Positions 1-9,348 of a stretch of DNA of 25,368 bases are shown in pieces. The DNA is from a virus (taxonomy: Duplodnaviria > Caudoviricetes). The notes under the pieces were generated by a model that made no database searches, had not been told where the DNA came from, and saw only the letters and a list, made by a program, of their open reading frames with translations. Where the stretch lies: positions 1-25,368 of IMG/VR virus record IMGVR_UViG_3300011443_000051. One strand, 5' to 3'. Position 1 is the stretch's first letter, and each line of letters begins with the position of its first letter. Position numbers and translations under genes: made by a program.

Positions 1-903
1 AGCTACAAGGTTAGATGTGATTGTGTCATTCTCCAGTCGAATAGACCTCCGACCAAACTTACTGAAGAATCCAGTAGGTGAGTTAGGATCTGAGTCCACT
101 AGTTGAACCCATACACGATTACCTGACTCTGAGGTAGCTCCGAATACCCCGATGTGGTTAATTGTGTTGGTCCGTGAGATGACACGGTTGGCTGAAACCA
201 GTACTCCACCTTCTCCTGAGTCCACGGTCCAGACGGCCTCGCTGTCTAGGGTGTCCACGGTAATGGAAGGCATACTCTGGAAGGTGATCTGACCGTCAGG
301 ATCAAAGAACCATTCGGCATTCATTGTCTGAGCAATCTGATTCATTGCGTCCAAATGGGTCCCTGATACGATCGATCCACCAGGTAGTTTCTTAAGCTCA
401 TCTAGGTCGTCACCATAAGTAACCGTAGGACGGTAACCTAGGATGTCATAGGTGTAGTTGACATACAGGTTGACAGCAGCCTCACAAGTCAAACCACTTC
501 GATCTCTGTCAGCTAGAGTCTGGATATCCTGGAGGGCTTTACCTCTGTCATAGAAGTTGAGCTTAACCTCTTTGTTAACCCCGTCCTCGTATCCACTGTC
601 CTCGATACGAAACCAACCAAGAGGAACTAACTCCTCTGTGTCATCCGAGTAGCGGAAGCCTGACCGGATAGCGAACTCGATACCCATAGGGTCAAACTGA
701 GAGATGTTTAGATCATCCTTAGCGATCGTAAGGGAGCCAGCTCTGCGGATGTCTGCTGCCCGATCAATAGTAAGTGACCCCTCTTTAATGGGGATGTCCT
801 CCATGATAGGAACGGTCTGAGAACCGTAGTACATATCGACTACGGTTCTCCTACGATTGGAGTAGCGGATGTTACGTAGGAACCTGTCTGACACTGCGTA
901 CAC
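1..903 (-). CDS. Minor tail protein (baseplate hub-like, DUF5047-type), 3' end runs off the window
   Basis: Not in the ORF track. Read by hand from GTG at 903, preceded by a GGGGG RBS: MYAVSDRFLRNIRYSNRRRTVVDMYYGSQTVPIMEDIPIKEGSLTIDRAADIRRAGSLTI. This N-terminus resembles actinophage minor tail proteins, and it is the second gene after the tape measure. Confidence 0.75.
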   Translation of the reverse strand, partial: MYAVSDRFLRNIRYSNRRRTVVDMYYGSQTVPIMEDIPIKEGSLTIDRAADIRRAGSLTIAKDDLNISQFDPMGIEFAIRSGFRYSDDTEELVPLGWFRIEDSGYEDGVNKEVKLNFYDRGKALQDIQTLADRDRSGLTCEAAVNLYVNYTYDILGYRPTVTYGDDLDELKKLPGGSIVSGTHLDAMNQIAQTMNAEWFFDPDGQITFQSMPSITVDTLDSEAVWTVDSGEGGVLVSANRVISRTNTINHIGVFGATSESGNRVWVQLVDSDPNSPTGFFSKFGRRSIRLENDTITSNLVA

Positions 904-913
904 CCGTTACCCC

Positions 914-2530
914 CTAACCATTCTGTAGAATATCCAACCATGTTGGGTTAGCTGAGAGTACTTGAGCCCAGCTCTGATAGTTGTCGACTAGGACTTGCCA
1001 CGTCAAAGCACTAACAGCCTCTTCCGAAGGCGGCATATCCACTTCAATCCATTCAACAGAGATGGCCATGGTAGCTTTGATGTTACCTACCATAGGGGCC
1101 ATCCTGGACAATCTCTGAGGCTGAACAGACTTGACTACAAAGTAGAAGTCTTCGATACCTACAGCCCACGGAACAAGGTTACGTAGCATAAACGTATAGC
1201 CAGTTTCAAGTACACTTATATAGTCATTGATTGAGTCAGGACAGTATAGTGAATGTGGCCAACCCGTCTCAGGAACCAACAGTATGAAGTTACCTGTACG
1301 TCCAGCCATCACATCAGTGGATACGACAGGATTCTTTCTACCTAACACATGACTGTTAGATAGGATAGTTCCCTCACGTTGATACTCGTCAAACTCCTGA
1401 ATCATCACAGGGATGTTGAGAGCTGGTTGAAGTGGAACAGATAGGTAGCTAACCGGTCCCTCACCTATCGCGTCCCCTGTAGCAACCAAGGAGGCTTCCC
1501 ATTCGTCCACTGGTGACTGATTGATTGTGTCCGTACCTGTACCCACCAGAAGAGAGTCCGAGTATACATAGCACTTATACGTAATAGTGGGAGAGTAGTT
1601 GACTCCTGTATTTCCAAAGTTGAATTCATAGTCGTCACCAACGAACGATGAACCGTCCACTGATTGAAGCTGACCACCTCGTACATCTCTTTCAGCTACT
1701 ACACCCGAGTCATCCGTAGCGGTAACTTGGAATTGTGAGTAGCCTGTTAGTCCAGTTACGGTGACTCTGTAACCAGCTGTCTGAGCAAACGGAGCTACGA
1801 CTACAGCTGCCACCACCGTAGGAACAGCGATGACGTGCAACTTAGCTACTACTGTTGTTCCTTGAGTAGAGGAAGCGTTAGTGTGAGCGTACGTGGGAGC
1901 TGCGGTCTGAGTTCCTGAGGATACTGAGTGATCTGAGATCAGCAACCCCGAGTCGTCACCATCTGTTGATAGGTTAGACACCCGAGAGGTGTTAGCTGAG
2001 AGAGTTAAACCTGTAGCTGTAATAGCTCTAGCTGAGATAGCTCCCGCGTCACTGTTAATACCTGAACAAGCAACCAAATAGTCACCTGCTACAGCATCAA
2101 AGTCTGTGTTACCAGCGGCTGAATAGTTAGCTCCATAGGTTTCATCTTGACCAGTGGAGTAGTTGACAGTCCAAGCTTCTGAGGTAGCTTTTGTGTAGTT
2201 AACGATTACGGCTTGACCTGAGTTGACAGTTCCAGGGAAGGTCACCGTATTACCCGTAGGGACTGAACCCAATGAGTAATAGACAACCGTTCCCATAGAA
2301 CCGACGTCAGCCCCAGTAGCAACATCCACCGCAGAATCGGAGAAGGCTAACCTAGTCCATGTTCCGAGTGTTGCTGCTACCGTAGGCTCCCCTGTAGCTG
2401 AGGTCTTCCAGATAGCAACCAAGAGATTAATAGAGTTTGCTGTTGAGGCGGGTCCTACAGGTGACAGCACTAAACTTCCTACTCCCGTTCCTGTTACTAC
2501 AGAACCGGCAGCACCAAAGCTGATAGCCAT
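914..2530 (-). CDS. Minor tail protein: distal-tail (Dit)-like C-terminal part with an N-terminal beta-rich accessory domain
   Basis: 538 aa, first gene after the tape measure. C-terminal motif HVLGRKNPVVSTDVMAGRTG and ending TWQVLVDNYQSWAQVL resemble actinophage distal tail proteins. The N-terminal ~235 aa are Ser/Thr/Gly/Ala-rich. Confidence 0.7.
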   Translation of the reverse strand: MAISFGAAGSVVTGTGVGSLVLSPVGPASTANSINLLVAIWKTSATGEPTVAATLGTWTRLAFSDSAVDVATGADVGSMGTVVYYSLGSVPTGNTVTFPGTVNSGQAVIVNYTKATSEAWTVNYSTGQDETYGANYSAAGNTDFDAVAGDYLVACSGINSDAGAISARAITATGLTLSANTSRVSNLSTDGDDSGLLISDHSVSSGTQTAAPTYAHTNASSTQGTTVVAKLHVIAVPTVVAAVVVAPFAQTAGYRVTVTGLTGYSQFQVTATDDSGVVAERDVRGGQLQSVDGSSFVGDDYEFNFGNTGVNYSPTITYKCYVYSDSLLVGTGTDTINQSPVDEWEASLVATGDAIGEGPVSYLSVPLQPALNIPVMIQEFDEYQREGTILSNSHVLGRKNPVVSTDVMAGRTGNFILLVPETGWPHSLYCPDSINDYISVLETGYTFMLRNLVPWAVGIEDFYFVVKSVQPQRLSRMAPMVGNIKATMAISVEWIEVDMPPSEEAVSALTWQVLVDNYQSWAQVLSANPTWLDILQNG

Positions 2531-2577
2531 TAGTACCTGCCTACTGGGCTGAGAATAGCTACGCTATTTTTAGCCAT

Positions 2578-5500
2578 CTAGAACCCCCTATTCAAGTCTC
2601 TAATTAGATCCAAGTTGTTTTGCTCAACTACCGCCTTGTGAGCAGTAGCTACACCATCTACGAATACAGTAACATTAGTAGATGAGTTGCTTGACATGTT
2701 ACCCTTTAGGATCTCCCATTGTGAACCTGTGAAGACAGGCTCGGGGACAGACGTCCCGTTGAATAACCCTGGCTGTAGATATCCACCGTTGTCATAACCT
2801 CCAGCCGGAAGGTTGAAGATAGACCCATATCGAGATTTGATGTATCTCAATCCAGCGATGATGTTGTGTAGAGGATTCCACACGTCACCCATACCAGGTA
2901 GTTTGTAAGCGTTGAAGGTTGGTCCAATGGTTTGCATCAACCCCATAGAAGGAATGCCCTTCTTGGCGTTGCTGTCCCAAAGGTTGATAGCCCTAGGGTT
3001 ACCACCAGACTCCTGATTGATTCGAGCTAGCAACGGAGTAAGCCAGTTACCAGGAAGACCTAGCATCCTAAGCGCACTCGCTGCTACTCCTGCCCACTTA
3101 CCTGCCCCTCCCGGGGAACCTCCAGCTCCACTCATAGCTCCCGCTGCCATATTCTTCTTAGCGTCATCGAATTCCTTCTTTGATTTACCAGAAGCTTGGT
3201 CGAATAGGGCTTTAATCCATCCCTTACCGAGAGCCATAACACCATTCTTAGGATCTTTACCAAAGAGGTTAGCGGCCTTCTCACCTACGGGACCTAGGAT
3301 TTTCTTCTTAACGTAGTCCCAACCTTTACCGAGGAACCCGAAGATACCTGAGAGGATGCCACCCTTACCAAGGTTGCCTCCACCTGAACCACCGAAGAAC
3401 GCGTAGTCCCTAGCAGCAGTTCTGTGGATCAACTCAAGTAGTCCGGGACGTCCCGCGAAGAACGAAGCTAACCTATCCTGGTTGAACCCACCGAAGTCAA
3501 CAGCCTTACCCTTACCGTGCCAAAGTGGATCGCCAGGACGGAAGGTTGAGGAGATGCTATATCCACCGATCTTTGAAGCTCTAGCTAGCGCCATCACATA
3601 CTGATAGCCTTGTTGCATAGCTACGTGAAGGTGGTTACGGTGAGCCTCAAGTAGAGCGTTATTCCCTCCACCTACTCGACCACCACCAGCGAGACCTATT
3701 CCCTGTGGTCCATGTCTGTTGAGGTAGTCTAGATTGTTATACCCGATCTTCCTAGCTGACTTTGCACGGATGACATACTCATCCTTGGAGAGTCTTACTG
3801 GAATTGAATCTGAGGTGGTTGTGCCAGGACCTCGCATCCTTCCACCACTAGCTTTACCAGCTAGCTTCTTAGCTTTATCTGCGGCTGAGGCCGCTGAGGC
3901 AGCACCTACCAGAGGGATCTTACCGATCCTGAATGAGACACCCAACTTCCCGAGCGCACCATTGATGATATCGATACCTCGGTTAATTACTCCAAGGACC
4001 AGGTTAATACCATTGATAGCTGAGTTACGGATAGAGGTCCAGATACCTGCGAAGAAGTTCTTAACTCCACCCCAAATATCATTCCACTTCTTCTTGATTG
4101 CATCCAATGTACGAGAGATGAAAGCTTGAATAGCTCTAAATCTATCGACAACCCAATCATGAACGCTAGACCAAACAGCTCTAGCGAACGTTCTGATGAG
4201 TGTCCATATAAAGTTCCATCTAGCTCTGATGATAGCTAGCACACTAGAGACGATATTTCGGATAGCGTTAATCCGGTTAGCTACCCAGTTATAAATAGAG
4301 TTCCAGATACCAACAGCGAAAGACTTAATGGACCCCCATATGAAGTTCCATAGTCCCTTAATCCACCGAAGAGAGTTGTTAAACCAGTTCTTCATATTGG
4401 TCCACCAACCCTTGGTGAACGCTAAGACGTTATGGTACCAAGCCTTTAGGTGAGCCCATAATCTAGCCCAGAATGCTTGCCAAACCATATTGAGGACACC
4501 AAGTACGACACGGAAGATGGCCCATGCTGCGTTAAGTCCACCACGAATGATGTTGACGATAATCTTAAGAGCGCCACTAGCGATGTTCTTTAGGCCAGTC
4601 CATACGGTATTCCAGTCAGCAGTAAAGATGCCCTTAACTACCTGGAAGATTCCTCGGATTACTTGGACGGCTCCCTGGATAATCGTAACGATGTTTCTCC
4701 ATAGAGCACCAAGAGTTTGGAGTACCTGAGGTCCAACGTCATGCCACAACCTAACGAAGAAGTCAGCGATCTTACGACCGACTGTGACAACGCTATCAAC
4801 GATAGCTTTCCATGTTTGGGCGATCTGTTGGCCGGTGTTACCGAAACCTCCGGCCGCCTTACCTAGTTGTCCGAACCAACTAACAACCTTAGCGATAACT
4901 CCAACTGTACCATTGAAGATATCCCTAATGATCTTCCATGTCTGTCTCATGTTGTCGATTACGCCGTTGTGCTGGTTGAGAACCACCCAAAGTCTAGACA
5001 TCAACCTTAGGAAATCAAACATAGTTTTGATTCCACCAGCGATCAGATTAAAGAAGTCCTCTAGGCCCATGATGGCGCCCTTCATAGCTTGAGGATCATC
5101 TAGGAATCTATCGAACGAAACACCGAAAGCTTCACCGATCTTCACAAGCCCCTGAGAGATAGTTCCCATCAGGGCTTGCATAAACGGAGAGTTCATTAGC
5201 TTAGCCATAGGTCCAAGGAAGGCGTCAACCATTCCAATTAGACCGTTAGTAATACTAGGTAGGAAGCGAGCACCAGCTTGCAAAATCTCACGGATGTGGG
5301 GAGCCCACCGATCGAGAGCCTTATTGACTTTGTCGATCTGCTTAGCTAGTACATCCCCTAGGAACATTACGTCAGGGTGGAAGATGATTTTCTTCTTGAA
5401 GTTCTCAGCGAGCTTGCTCGCCGACTTACTGACACGAGGGTCATCGATTGCTGCTACGATTCCAGCAGCCAGGACAGCTCCGAGACCTAGACCTCCGAAG

Positions 5501-6018
5501 AGAAGACCAGCAGTCATAGCTCCTAGAGCGGGTAATCCTAGAGCGAACGCCGCAGCGAACGCTGCAAAGAATGCTGTACCAGCGATAGGTCCTGTGTTAG
5601 TAAACAGACCCTCAAGTCTAGAAGGTAGAAGGGATAGTACACCTTCTACACCCCCCATAAAGTGACGACCAAACATCCTTCCGATGTGGTCACCATCTTT
5701 ATCCACCTTAACCTTCTGACGGATTACCTGTGTGGTTTCCTTAGTAAGAGCCTTAGCGTTATCCAACCGGAGCTTATGCAACTTCTGTTCGGAGGCGATC
5801 CTCTGGCGGTTAAGAGCTGCCATACTCGACATCTCTTTATTCATAGAGAGTCCGCTTATACCAGAGGGCTTAAACTTCCGCATCTCCTTATTCCAGTTAT
5901 CCTGGAACGTCTTAGTGAAGTCTTTAGATGAACGTAGGGCGGCAGCTTGCATCCCCTTACTATCGATCCGAGGATCAATGTCAATATAGCCTTCGCCAAC
6001 TTGAACTCCACCAGCCAC
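2578..6018 (-). CDS. Tape measure protein with C-terminal Zn-peptidase-like and lytic transglycosylase (SLT) domains
   Basis: 1146 aa, longest ORF, follows the tail chaperones. N-terminal VGEGYIDIDP motif; amphipathic helical region with periodic Trp/Phe; GPGTTTSDSIPVRLSKDEYVIRA motif; SLT motifs INQESGGNPRAINLWDSNA, GLMQ and YIKSRYG. Confidence 0.95.
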   Translation of the reverse strand: MAGGVQVGEGYIDIDPRIDSKGMQAAALRSSKDFTKTFQDNWNKEMRKFKPSGISGLSMNKEMSSMAALNRQRIASEQKLHKLRLDNAKALTKETTQVIRQKVKVDKDGDHIGRMFGRHFMGGVEGVLSLLPSRLEGLFTNTGPIAGTAFFAAFAAAFALGLPALGAMTAGLLFGGLGLGAVLAAGIVAAIDDPRVSKSASKLAENFKKKIIFHPDVMFLGDVLAKQIDKVNKALDRWAPHIREILQAGARFLPSITNGLIGMVDAFLGPMAKLMNSPFMQALMGTISQGLVKIGEAFGVSFDRFLDDPQAMKGAIMGLEDFFNLIAGGIKTMFDFLRLMSRLWVVLNQHNGVIDNMRQTWKIIRDIFNGTVGVIAKVVSWFGQLGKAAGGFGNTGQQIAQTWKAIVDSVVTVGRKIADFFVRLWHDVGPQVLQTLGALWRNIVTIIQGAVQVIRGIFQVVKGIFTADWNTVWTGLKNIASGALKIIVNIIRGGLNAAWAIFRVVLGVLNMVWQAFWARLWAHLKAWYHNVLAFTKGWWTNMKNWFNNSLRWIKGLWNFIWGSIKSFAVGIWNSIYNWVANRINAIRNIVSSVLAIIRARWNFIWTLIRTFARAVWSSVHDWVVDRFRAIQAFISRTLDAIKKKWNDIWGGVKNFFAGIWTSIRNSAINGINLVLGVINRGIDIINGALGKLGVSFRIGKIPLVGAASAASAADKAKKLAGKASGGRMRGPGTTTSDSIPVRLSKDEYVIRAKSARKIGYNNLDYLNRHGPQGIGLAGGGRVGGGNNALLEAHRNHLHVAMQQGYQYVMALARASKIGGYSISSTFRPGDPLWHGKGKAVDFGGFNQDRLASFFAGRPGLLELIHRTAARDYAFFGGSGGGNLGKGGILSGIFGFLGKGWDYVKKKILGPVGEKAANLFGKDPKNGVMALGKGWIKALFDQASGKSKKEFDDAKKNMAAGAMSGAGGSPGGAGKWAGVAASALRMLGLPGNWLTPLLARINQESGGNPRAINLWDSNAKKGIPSMGLMQTIGPTFNAYKLPGMGDVWNPLHNIIAGLRYIKSRYGSIFNLPAGGYDNGGYLQPGLFNGTSVPEPVFTGSQWEILKGNMSSNSSTNVTVFVDGVATAHKAVVEQNNLDLIRDLNRGF

Positions 6019-6035
6019 CGCACACCTCGCTTCCT

Positions 6036-6829
6036 TTAGTCTTTCTTCTTATCTACAATCCTAGGTGGACAGCTACAGTTAAGCTCACCCGTAGAGTTGA
6101 CACCACTCTTGACACACTCAGGGGTGTGATCAATCCTTACCTTCATAGTAGAGAACCCACCCATCAACTTAGATGGTTTGGTGAATACCTTCTTCACCTT
6201 CTGTTCCCTAGCTGTATGGATAACGGGTCGAGGGATTTGCTTAGGAGCCTTCTTGAGGATGTTCTTAAAGTCCTTACCAGCGGCACGATTAGCGCTGATT
6301 CCAGCAAAGAACGTAGCTCTCTGAACAACATCCACTAGGTCTAGAAGAAGGTGTTGGGTTACGTCAAGGGGATCGTTACGGTAGTGCTTCATGATTCGGG
6401 AGTCCTCAGGTAGGGAGTCAAGCATATCGACTACCCACCTGAGGTTTATTCCGTTGTTGGGCTTCCATAGGTCCCGGAGGTCTGCTGAGTAATACTGTCT
6501 GAAGTCTGCCTCCAGTTTTCTACAAACAGACTCATCCTTGAGTATACTTAAAAACCAACCTAGTCTTTTGGGTCCACATCGATAGCCTTGTAGAGAGCCT
6601 TATAGAACTCGTTAAGATCCTTCATCTTTTTGGCTGACTTTCGGAGAACCTTATACTGATCTTCACCAAGAAGACCCTTGATCGCCGCAAGCATATTGCC
6701 AGCTTCCTGATCCTCAACAACCTGTAGGTCCCACTCCTCACCCGGGGGTACGGTGTATACGTCACCCATGAAGTTGAAGGTGATGTTCTCAGCTAGAGCC
6801 TCAGCGGCTAGTACTTTCTTTACAGTCAT
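6036..6829 (-). CDS. Tail assembly chaperone, long form (gpGT-like) made by -1 programmed frameshift, ~264 aa
   Basis: Slippery heptamer C-CCA-AAA at 6572..6566. The -1 frame is open from there (RLGWFLSILKDESVCRKLEADFRQYYSADLRDLW...) into ORF 6036..6425. Confidence 0.88.
6560..6829 (-). CDS. Tail assembly chaperone, short form (gpG-like)
   Basis: 89 aa between the tail tube and tape measure genes; motif IKGLLGEDQYKVL. Confidence 0.88.
   Translation of the reverse strand: MTVKKVLAAEALAENITFNFMGDVYTVPPGEEWDLQVVEDQEAGNMLAAIKGLLGEDQYKVLRKSAKKMKDLNEFYKALYKAIDVDPKD
6566..6572 (-). other. -1 ribosomal frameshift slippery site CCCAAAA
   Basis: X XXY YYZ heptamer in the correct register (GAC CCA AAA GAC TAG), one sense codon before the stop. 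Confidence 0.88.
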
Positions 6830-6855
6830 TTGAATTCCTTATTAGTTAGAGAGAG

Positions 6856-6885
6856 AAAAAAGAAGGGGAGGATATACCTCCCCTT
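6856..6885 (-). terminator. Intrinsic terminator after the tail tube gene
   Basis: 9-bp stem AAGGGGAGG/CCTCCCCTT (6863-6871 and 6877-6885) with a 5-nt loop, followed on the minus strand by CTTTTTT. Confidence 0.85.
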
Positions 6886-6888
6886 TTC

Positions 6889-7449
6889 TTACGTAGCTGG
6901 AGTCAGATCCGGGTTCTCGGAGTAGATGTAAGCTAGTGTCCCCGAAGAGTCAAGAGCTTTGAAGGTGACTCCGGTAAGCTGAGCGTTATTTCTAACGAGC
7001 TGTAGGGACTCACGGTCAGTTAGTACCGCCCTTGGGATAACTAGTCTGGTCTGATCCTCTTCGTCGTCTTCCCATTCGATAATGAGAGCCTTCTCCTGAG
7101 AGCCAGGTGAGCTAGTTAGGGTTAGCTTGCCGTGTGACATGCTGTTAACGAACGTCTCTGCGAAGAAGAACAGTTCCCATGTGGTAATGTTAACCTGACC
7201 CATATTAAACTGAATCTCTAGGGATACAGTATCGAGGGTGGTCTTAACCGGAACAGCAGACTGCCACATCATGATGTCTGATAGTTCAACGTTAGGAGAG
7301 ATCGAAACCCCATCCTCATCAACATATCCGACAGCATCAAAGCTTGCGTTCAACGCCATAGTTGCGTTAGTCGGTAGAGTAGTTCCAACGGGAGCAACGT
7401 ATACGTTACCGAATGGAGCTAACCGTACTTCGCCTGAATCGATAGTCAT
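6889..7449 (-). CDS. Major tail (tube) protein
   Basis: 186 aa; motifs GNVYVAPVGTTLPT, VGYVDEDGVSI, WQS and RLVIPRA are typical of actinophage tail tube proteins; strong RBS AGAAAGGATGTG. Confidence 0.92.
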   Translation of the reverse strand: MTIDSGEVRLAPFGNVYVAPVGTTLPTNATMALNASFDAVGYVDEDGVSISPNVELSDIMMWQSAVPVKTTLDTVSLEIQFNMGQVNITTWELFFFAETFVNSMSHGKLTLTSSPGSQEKALIIEWEDDEEDQTRLVIPRAVLTDRESLQLVRNNAQLTGVTFKALDSSGTLAYIYSENPDLTPAT

Positions 7450-7505
7450 TGATATTCACATCCTTTCTTGTAAGTTAGCTCACTAGATAAATCTAGTTCA
7501 CTGAG

Positions 7506-7973
7506 TTAGCTTGGTGAAGCTAGGTCACCAGACGGTCTAGTCGTAAGCCTTACGGCGAACGTAAACCTATATCCCTCCTGGTATCTATCAGAGGTGTTAG
7601 TCAATCCCATCTCGACTCTGACATCACTTAGGAATAGACCGTTACCTCTATAACGACCCATTTGGTATTTCACCGAAGCTAAACAGATAGCTGCTATATC
7701 TCTAGCTACCGATCTTCGTTCGGCGTAACAACCCACGTCGATACGTGGATGATCAATGGTGGGCCATTCCTCGAATGAGCCCTCCTGTGTTACTTCGATC
7801 CATCTATCTCCATCTGTGAATCCCTTAAGGTCTGTTGATACTCTTGGGTGTCCTGTGGAGAAATCTAATTCAGGAGTCTCGTTCTTGAGGATGTCTACTA
7901 CGGCAGCTTCAGCGTCACCGTGCTCTATGAATTCCCATTGGCTGGCTATAGCTACCTCCTTCCTACACAGCAA
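7506..7973 (-). CDS. Tail terminator / tail completion protein (true start uncertain, possibly 7949)
   Basis: Directly upstream of the tail tube gene; motifs DAEAAVV, PRIDVGCYA and RFTFAVRL. Confidence 0.8.
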   Translation of the reverse strand: MLCRKEVAIASQWEFIEHGDAEAAVVDILKNETPELDFSTGHPRVSTDLKGFTDGDRWIEVTQEGSFEEWPTIDHPRIDVGCYAERRSVARDIAAICLASVKYQMGRYRGNGLFLSDVRVEMGLTNTSDRYQEGYRFTFAVRLTTRPSGDLASPS

Positions 7974-7980
7974 AGGACAT

Positions 7981-8331
7981 TTATGCCCTGCTAGCTACGG
8001 CTAAGAATCCTCTCGTTAGTGGCTTATACCTAAGTACCCTTACGGAGTTACCTCCGGGGTGAGCCCCCCACTCGATCATGTTCCAAGCGGGATCGTTGTT
8101 GCTGACTCTTGCTCTCTTGGTTAAGGTATTCCACCCGACTTTGAAAGATGCGATATATTTAGGTGGAGTAGTTTCTGAAAGTCTCCACTCGTTACCGGGT
8201 ATTTGCTGAACCATGAAGACACGTATAGCGGACCCCCGGATCTGATTACCCACTGAGAGAGCGTAAGCTTCATAGCGTTTGTCTAAAGCTCTCATTAATT
8301 TAGCCTCATGGATAACAAACTTCGCAGCCAT
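7981..8331 (-). CDS. Neck protein, HK97 gp10-like
   Basis: 116 aa, basic; motifs KYIASF, VSNNDPAWNMIEWG and PLTRG; position between stopper and terminator genes. Confidence 0.7.
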   Translation of the reverse strand: MAAKFVIHEAKLMRALDKRYEAYALSVGNQIRGSAIRVFMVQQIPGNEWRLSETTPPKYIASFKVGWNTLTKRARVSNNDPAWNMIEWGAHPGGNSVRVLRYKPLTRGFLAVASRA

Positions 8332-8365
8332 ATTATCCCTGTCTAATTTTCAACATGGGATACAC

Positions 8366-8731
8366 CTATCCCTGTCTAATTTGAGCGATGACAGCGATAT
8401 GGTTAATCTTAGCTTTGAAGTCATACCACTTACCAGGGTGACCTAGAACGGACCACTCATACCCATCAAACTCAAGTCGGTCTGTATACACAACATCTGT
8501 ATCCCCGGGAGCGTAGATACGGACCGCAGACCTACTGAACTCTCTCGCTCTGTTGTCTTCGAAGTTAAGCTTTTCAGCCAAGGGGAAAGGTTCGATCATA
8601 CATTTAGTAACCGTAGTTCGTGTAGCGTTATCCCAATCCCTGTAGGATGTATTATCCCTAGGGTCAATTAGGAACTCAGCTCTAACGATTACGATATTAT
8701 TTAGACCTAAAGGTTTGGTAGCCATACTCAC
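8366..8731 (-). CDS. Head-to-tail stopper / head closure protein
   Basis: 121 aa; motifs DWDNA, IYAPGDTDVVYTDRLEFDGYEWSVLGHPGKW and terminal RQG. Confidence 0.85.
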   Translation of the reverse strand: MSMATKPLGLNNIVIVRAEFLIDPRDNTSYRDWDNATRTTVTKCMIEPFPLAEKLNFEDNRAREFSRSAVRIYAPGDTDVVYTDRLEFDGYEWSVLGHPGKWYDFKAKINHIAVIAQIRQG

Positions 8732-8733
8732 CC

Positions 8734-9339
8734 CTAATCGAAATCAGCAAGGTAAGCTTGGGTACTCCTGTAATCAGGGAACCTATCAGATCCAGCAACG
8801 TTGATTGTATAGCTATGATTGGTATATTTATAGAGGGTTACGGTAGCCATATTCCCGAACAGCTGAGTCATGAAATCATCTCGGTACTGTTCCACTACGT
8901 CACCCACCTGGAATGATCGTAAGTTAACCGGAGACTGTTCGTTGATCTGACCTAGGACTCCAGCCACCATTAGTAGCTTTACGTCAGCTGGTACCTCGGA
9001 GTATCCAAATGAGTAAGTGACATCAACTACTTGTTCGGGACATCCATAGAAGATGGTATCAATACCATCCCAGTCAATATAGAAGTCCTCTTCCTGAGTC
9101 CGGAAGTTCTTAATAGAAGAGATGCCTGTAACAGGCTGAATGAGTTTGACCTGGCCGTAGTAGTCTGACTTATACCTAACGGTCACATCTTCATATGGTT
9201 CGAAGGATACATCCACGAAGTTATTGATGAAGGCTGATAGGGAGTCGATGATGAACTGCCAACCCGACTCTTCCTCTTCGTCCTCTACACCCCTACCTAA
9301 AGCATTCTCGATATCAGCAATCGTGATTAGTGCGCTCAC
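8734..9339 (-). CDS. Head-to-tail adaptor
   Basis: 201 aa; motifs LITIADIENALGR, VDVTYSFGYSEVPADV and RSFQVGDVVEQY. Confidence 0.85.
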   Translation of the reverse strand: MSALITIADIENALGRGVEDEEEESGWQFIIDSLSAFINNFVDVSFEPYEDVTVRYKSDYYGQVKLIQPVTGISSIKNFRTQEEDFYIDWDGIDTIFYGCPEQVVDVTYSFGYSEVPADVKLLMVAGVLGQINEQSPVNLRSFQVGDVVEQYRDDFMTQLFGNMATVTLYKYTNHSYTINVAGSDRFPDYRSTQAYLADFD

Positions 9340-9348
9340 CTTACCCCC

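Noticed and set aside
995-6338. Plus-strand ORFs opposite the minor tail, tape measure and chaperone genes (e.g. 3017..3316, 3734..4129, 5294..5665, 5928..6338)
   Set aside because: Antisense shadows of well-supported genes, with no recognisable motifs.
6036-6425. Stand-alone 129-aa gene starting at ATG 6425
   Set aside because: The frame is open upstream to the slippery site and contains conserved chaperone sequence, so it is better explained as the frameshift extension.
7473-7511. Inverted repeat ACTAGAT/ATCTAGT upstream of the tail tube RBS as a terminator
   Set aside because: Short AT-rich stem without a U-tract; function cannot be supported.
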